This document shows positions 25,190 through 26,490 of a DNA stretch of 26,490 nt, piece by piece. The notes under the pieces were generated by a model. That model made no database searches, was not told the DNA's origin, and worked only from the letters and a program-made list of their open reading frames with translations. The position numbers were made by a program, and so were the translations under genes. Position 1 is the first letter of the stretch; every line of letters begins with the position of its first letter. The stretch is taken from contig CAZPEQ010000001.1 in assembly GCA_964585605.1 (NCBI GenBank), positions 1 through 26,490 on the forward strand, given 5' to 3'. This DNA is from an uncultured Weeksellaceae bacterium (lineage in GTDB: Bacteria; Bacteroidota; Bacteroidia; Flavobacteriales_F; PHOS-HE28).

Positions 25190-26218
25190 TTGAAACTATC
25201 AAGGCAGCATAAAACTGGGATCCTGGTCATCGTAGGATTGGGAATACTCTATTTCGGGAGCAACTACCTCAAAGGCTTTGGGCTCTTTGAACAAGGTCAT
25301 AGTTATGTAGCCGTGTATGAACGGGTTGACGGGCTGTCCGAAGCCAGTCCACTTTTCCTGAATGGTTATAAAGTAGGTCAAGTGGCTAGCACGAAAATGA
25401 TCCATCAAGGTTCTGACGTGGGAAAAATCGCAGTTACATTCCAAATCACCGAAAAGGAATTGTTCGTTCCAAATGATGCTGAAATTCAGATCTTCAGTGC
25501 TGATCTCTTCACCAAAGCAGCTCGATTCGATATCGGTACGAGCACAATTTCTGCCCAATCAGGAGACACGCTAGAGGGTTCATCACAACTCAGCGTAACA
25601 GAAATGTTCAGCCAAGAGTTGGATCCGATCAAAAGGCGGGCCGAAACCTTGATGGCTTCAGTGGACACAGTACTTGGTGCATTTCAAAAAATCATGGATG
25701 AAGGCACGCAAAGTGATATTGCAGTAAGCTTCGCCACGATACGTTCTTCTTTGGAGTCGTTCAGTAACACCGCCGCACGACTCGATAAACTGATTCAAAG
25801 AGAGAGCCCGGCTATTGAAAATAGCTTAGACAATTTTGCGGATATTTCTGACACGCTGAACTCCCATACCCAGGACATGGGTAAGATCATCAGCAATATG
25901 GCAGCGATCAGTGATACGCTGGCCAATGGCGGAATTGCGGACTTAATGGGTTCCCTAGGAGAGACTTCCATACGTATGGAATCCATACTCAATAAGATCG
26001 ATCAAGGGGAAGGCAGCTTAGGCTTATTAGCGAATGACGATAGTTTGTACATCAACATGAACCGAGCCGCCGAAGAATTAGCGGTTCTTCTTGATGATTT
26101 CGAGAAACATCCTGAACGTTATGTGCAGGTAAGCGTATTCGGTAGAAAGAACAAAAAGCCAGCGATATCCGACAAGGATATTGACGACATCAAAAGCCGT
26201 TTAAACTGTTGCCCCTAG
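25190..26218 (+). CDS. MlaD/MCE-family protein
   Basis: N-terminal TM anchor, MCE domain (VDGLSEASPLFLNGYKVGQV), a helical region and GEGSLGLLANDDSLYINM...LLDDFEKHPERYV. TTG start. Confidence 0.9.
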   Translation: MKLSRQHKTGILVIVGLGILYFGSNYLKGFGLFEQGHSYVAVYERVDGLSEASPLFLNGYKVGQVASTKMIHQGSDVGKIAVTFQITEKELFVPNDAEIQIFSADLFTKAARFDIGTSTISAQSGDTLEGSSQLSVTEMFSQELDPIKRRAETLMASVDTVLGAFQKIMDEGTQSDIAVSFATIRSSLESFSNTAARLDKLIQRESPAIENSLDNFADISDTLNSHTQDMGKIISNMAAISDTLANGGIADLMGSLGETSIRMESILNKIDQGEGSLGLLANDDSLYINMNRAAEELAVLLDDFEKHPERYVQVSVFGRKNKKPAISDKDIDDIKSRLNCCP

Positions 26219-26221
26219 TCC

Positions 26222-26490
26222 ATGGGTATCTCTAACATTGTATTCATCCTTATTCTAGTAACAAGCCTTGGCTTATTCGCTCGGAACCTTATGCGGATCG
26301 TTGCCAACATCAGACTTGGCCGAGATACCGACAGAAGCGATCAGGCTGGTTTGCGGTGGGCAACGATGGCTCGAGTAGCCTTGGGACAAGGCAAAATGGT
26401 GGCTAGGCCAATAGCAGGCATCTTGCATATAGTCGTATACATCGGTTTCGTACTGATAAATATTGAAGTACTAGAAATTGTAATTGATGG
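26222..26490 (+). CDS. Membrane-bound (Fe-S)-binding oxidoreductase, N-terminal part only (truncated at the right edge)
   Basis: Not in the ORF track. ATG 26222 opens MGISNIVFILILVTSLGLFARNLMRIVANIRLGRD...MARVALGQGKMVARPIAGILHIVVYIGFVLINIEVLEIVIDG, recalled as the N-terminus of the Bacteroidetes Fe-S protein that follows amidase-MlaD. The Fe-S motifs are outside the window. Confidence 0.72.
   Translation, partial: MGISNIVFILILVTSLGLFARNLMRIVANIRLGRDTDRSDQAGLRWATMARVALGQGKMVARPIAGILHIVVYIGFVLINIEVLEIVID

Noticed and set aside
1-26490. tRNA, rRNA, riboswitch, IS elements, Fur boxes and intrinsic terminators
   Set aside because: The longest intergenic gaps are about 200 bp and I saw no cloverleaf, transposase, Fur-box consensus or strong hairpin plus U-tract. 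A covariance-model scan (Infernal/Rfam, tRNAscan-SE) would be needed to exclude small RNAs.

Overview
A gene-dense window from a Bacteroidota genome, most likely Flavobacteriales-like. The taxonomic call rests on TAnnTTTG promoter boxes, the general lack of Shine-Dalgarno motifs, a Bacteroidetes-type LptD and an exosortase/PID-CTERM cassette. GC looks mid-40s % by eye. Bases 1-10800 are one end of a surface-polysaccharide locus, mostly on the minus strand and continuing off the left edge. It holds a Wzc-type tyrosine kinase/co-polymerase with a 15-Tyr (YG)n tail, Wzm/Wzt ABC export, two sulfotransferases, an inverted GT2, a formyltransferase, a VioA-like aminotransferase, a WbqC protein and a partial GT4. 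Divergent from wzc (11004-12224) is a three-gene cassette: a 73-aa protein that is little more than a signal peptide, a ~20-aa Pro/Cys peptide and a PIDGG sorting signal, then an exosortase and a 4-TM partner. Next come glyA, a group III truncated hemoglobin, and an opposite-strand DUF5819-like + HTTM pair (SdpAB-like, related to the vitamin K-dependent carboxylase membrane domain). The rest is housekeeping: fahA, rel/spoT, fur, STAS, purA, a TrpG/PabA amidotransferase, lptD, an amidase, an MlaD/MCE protein and a partial Fe-S protein. Several ORF-track starts are corrected below. No rRNA, tRNA, CRISPR array or mobile element was recognised. All family calls come from motif recognition by eye, not database searches. 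The best candidates for an undescribed system are the mini PID-CTERM/exosortase cassette facing a sulfated-glycan locus, and the DUF5819/HTTM peptide-modification pair nearby.
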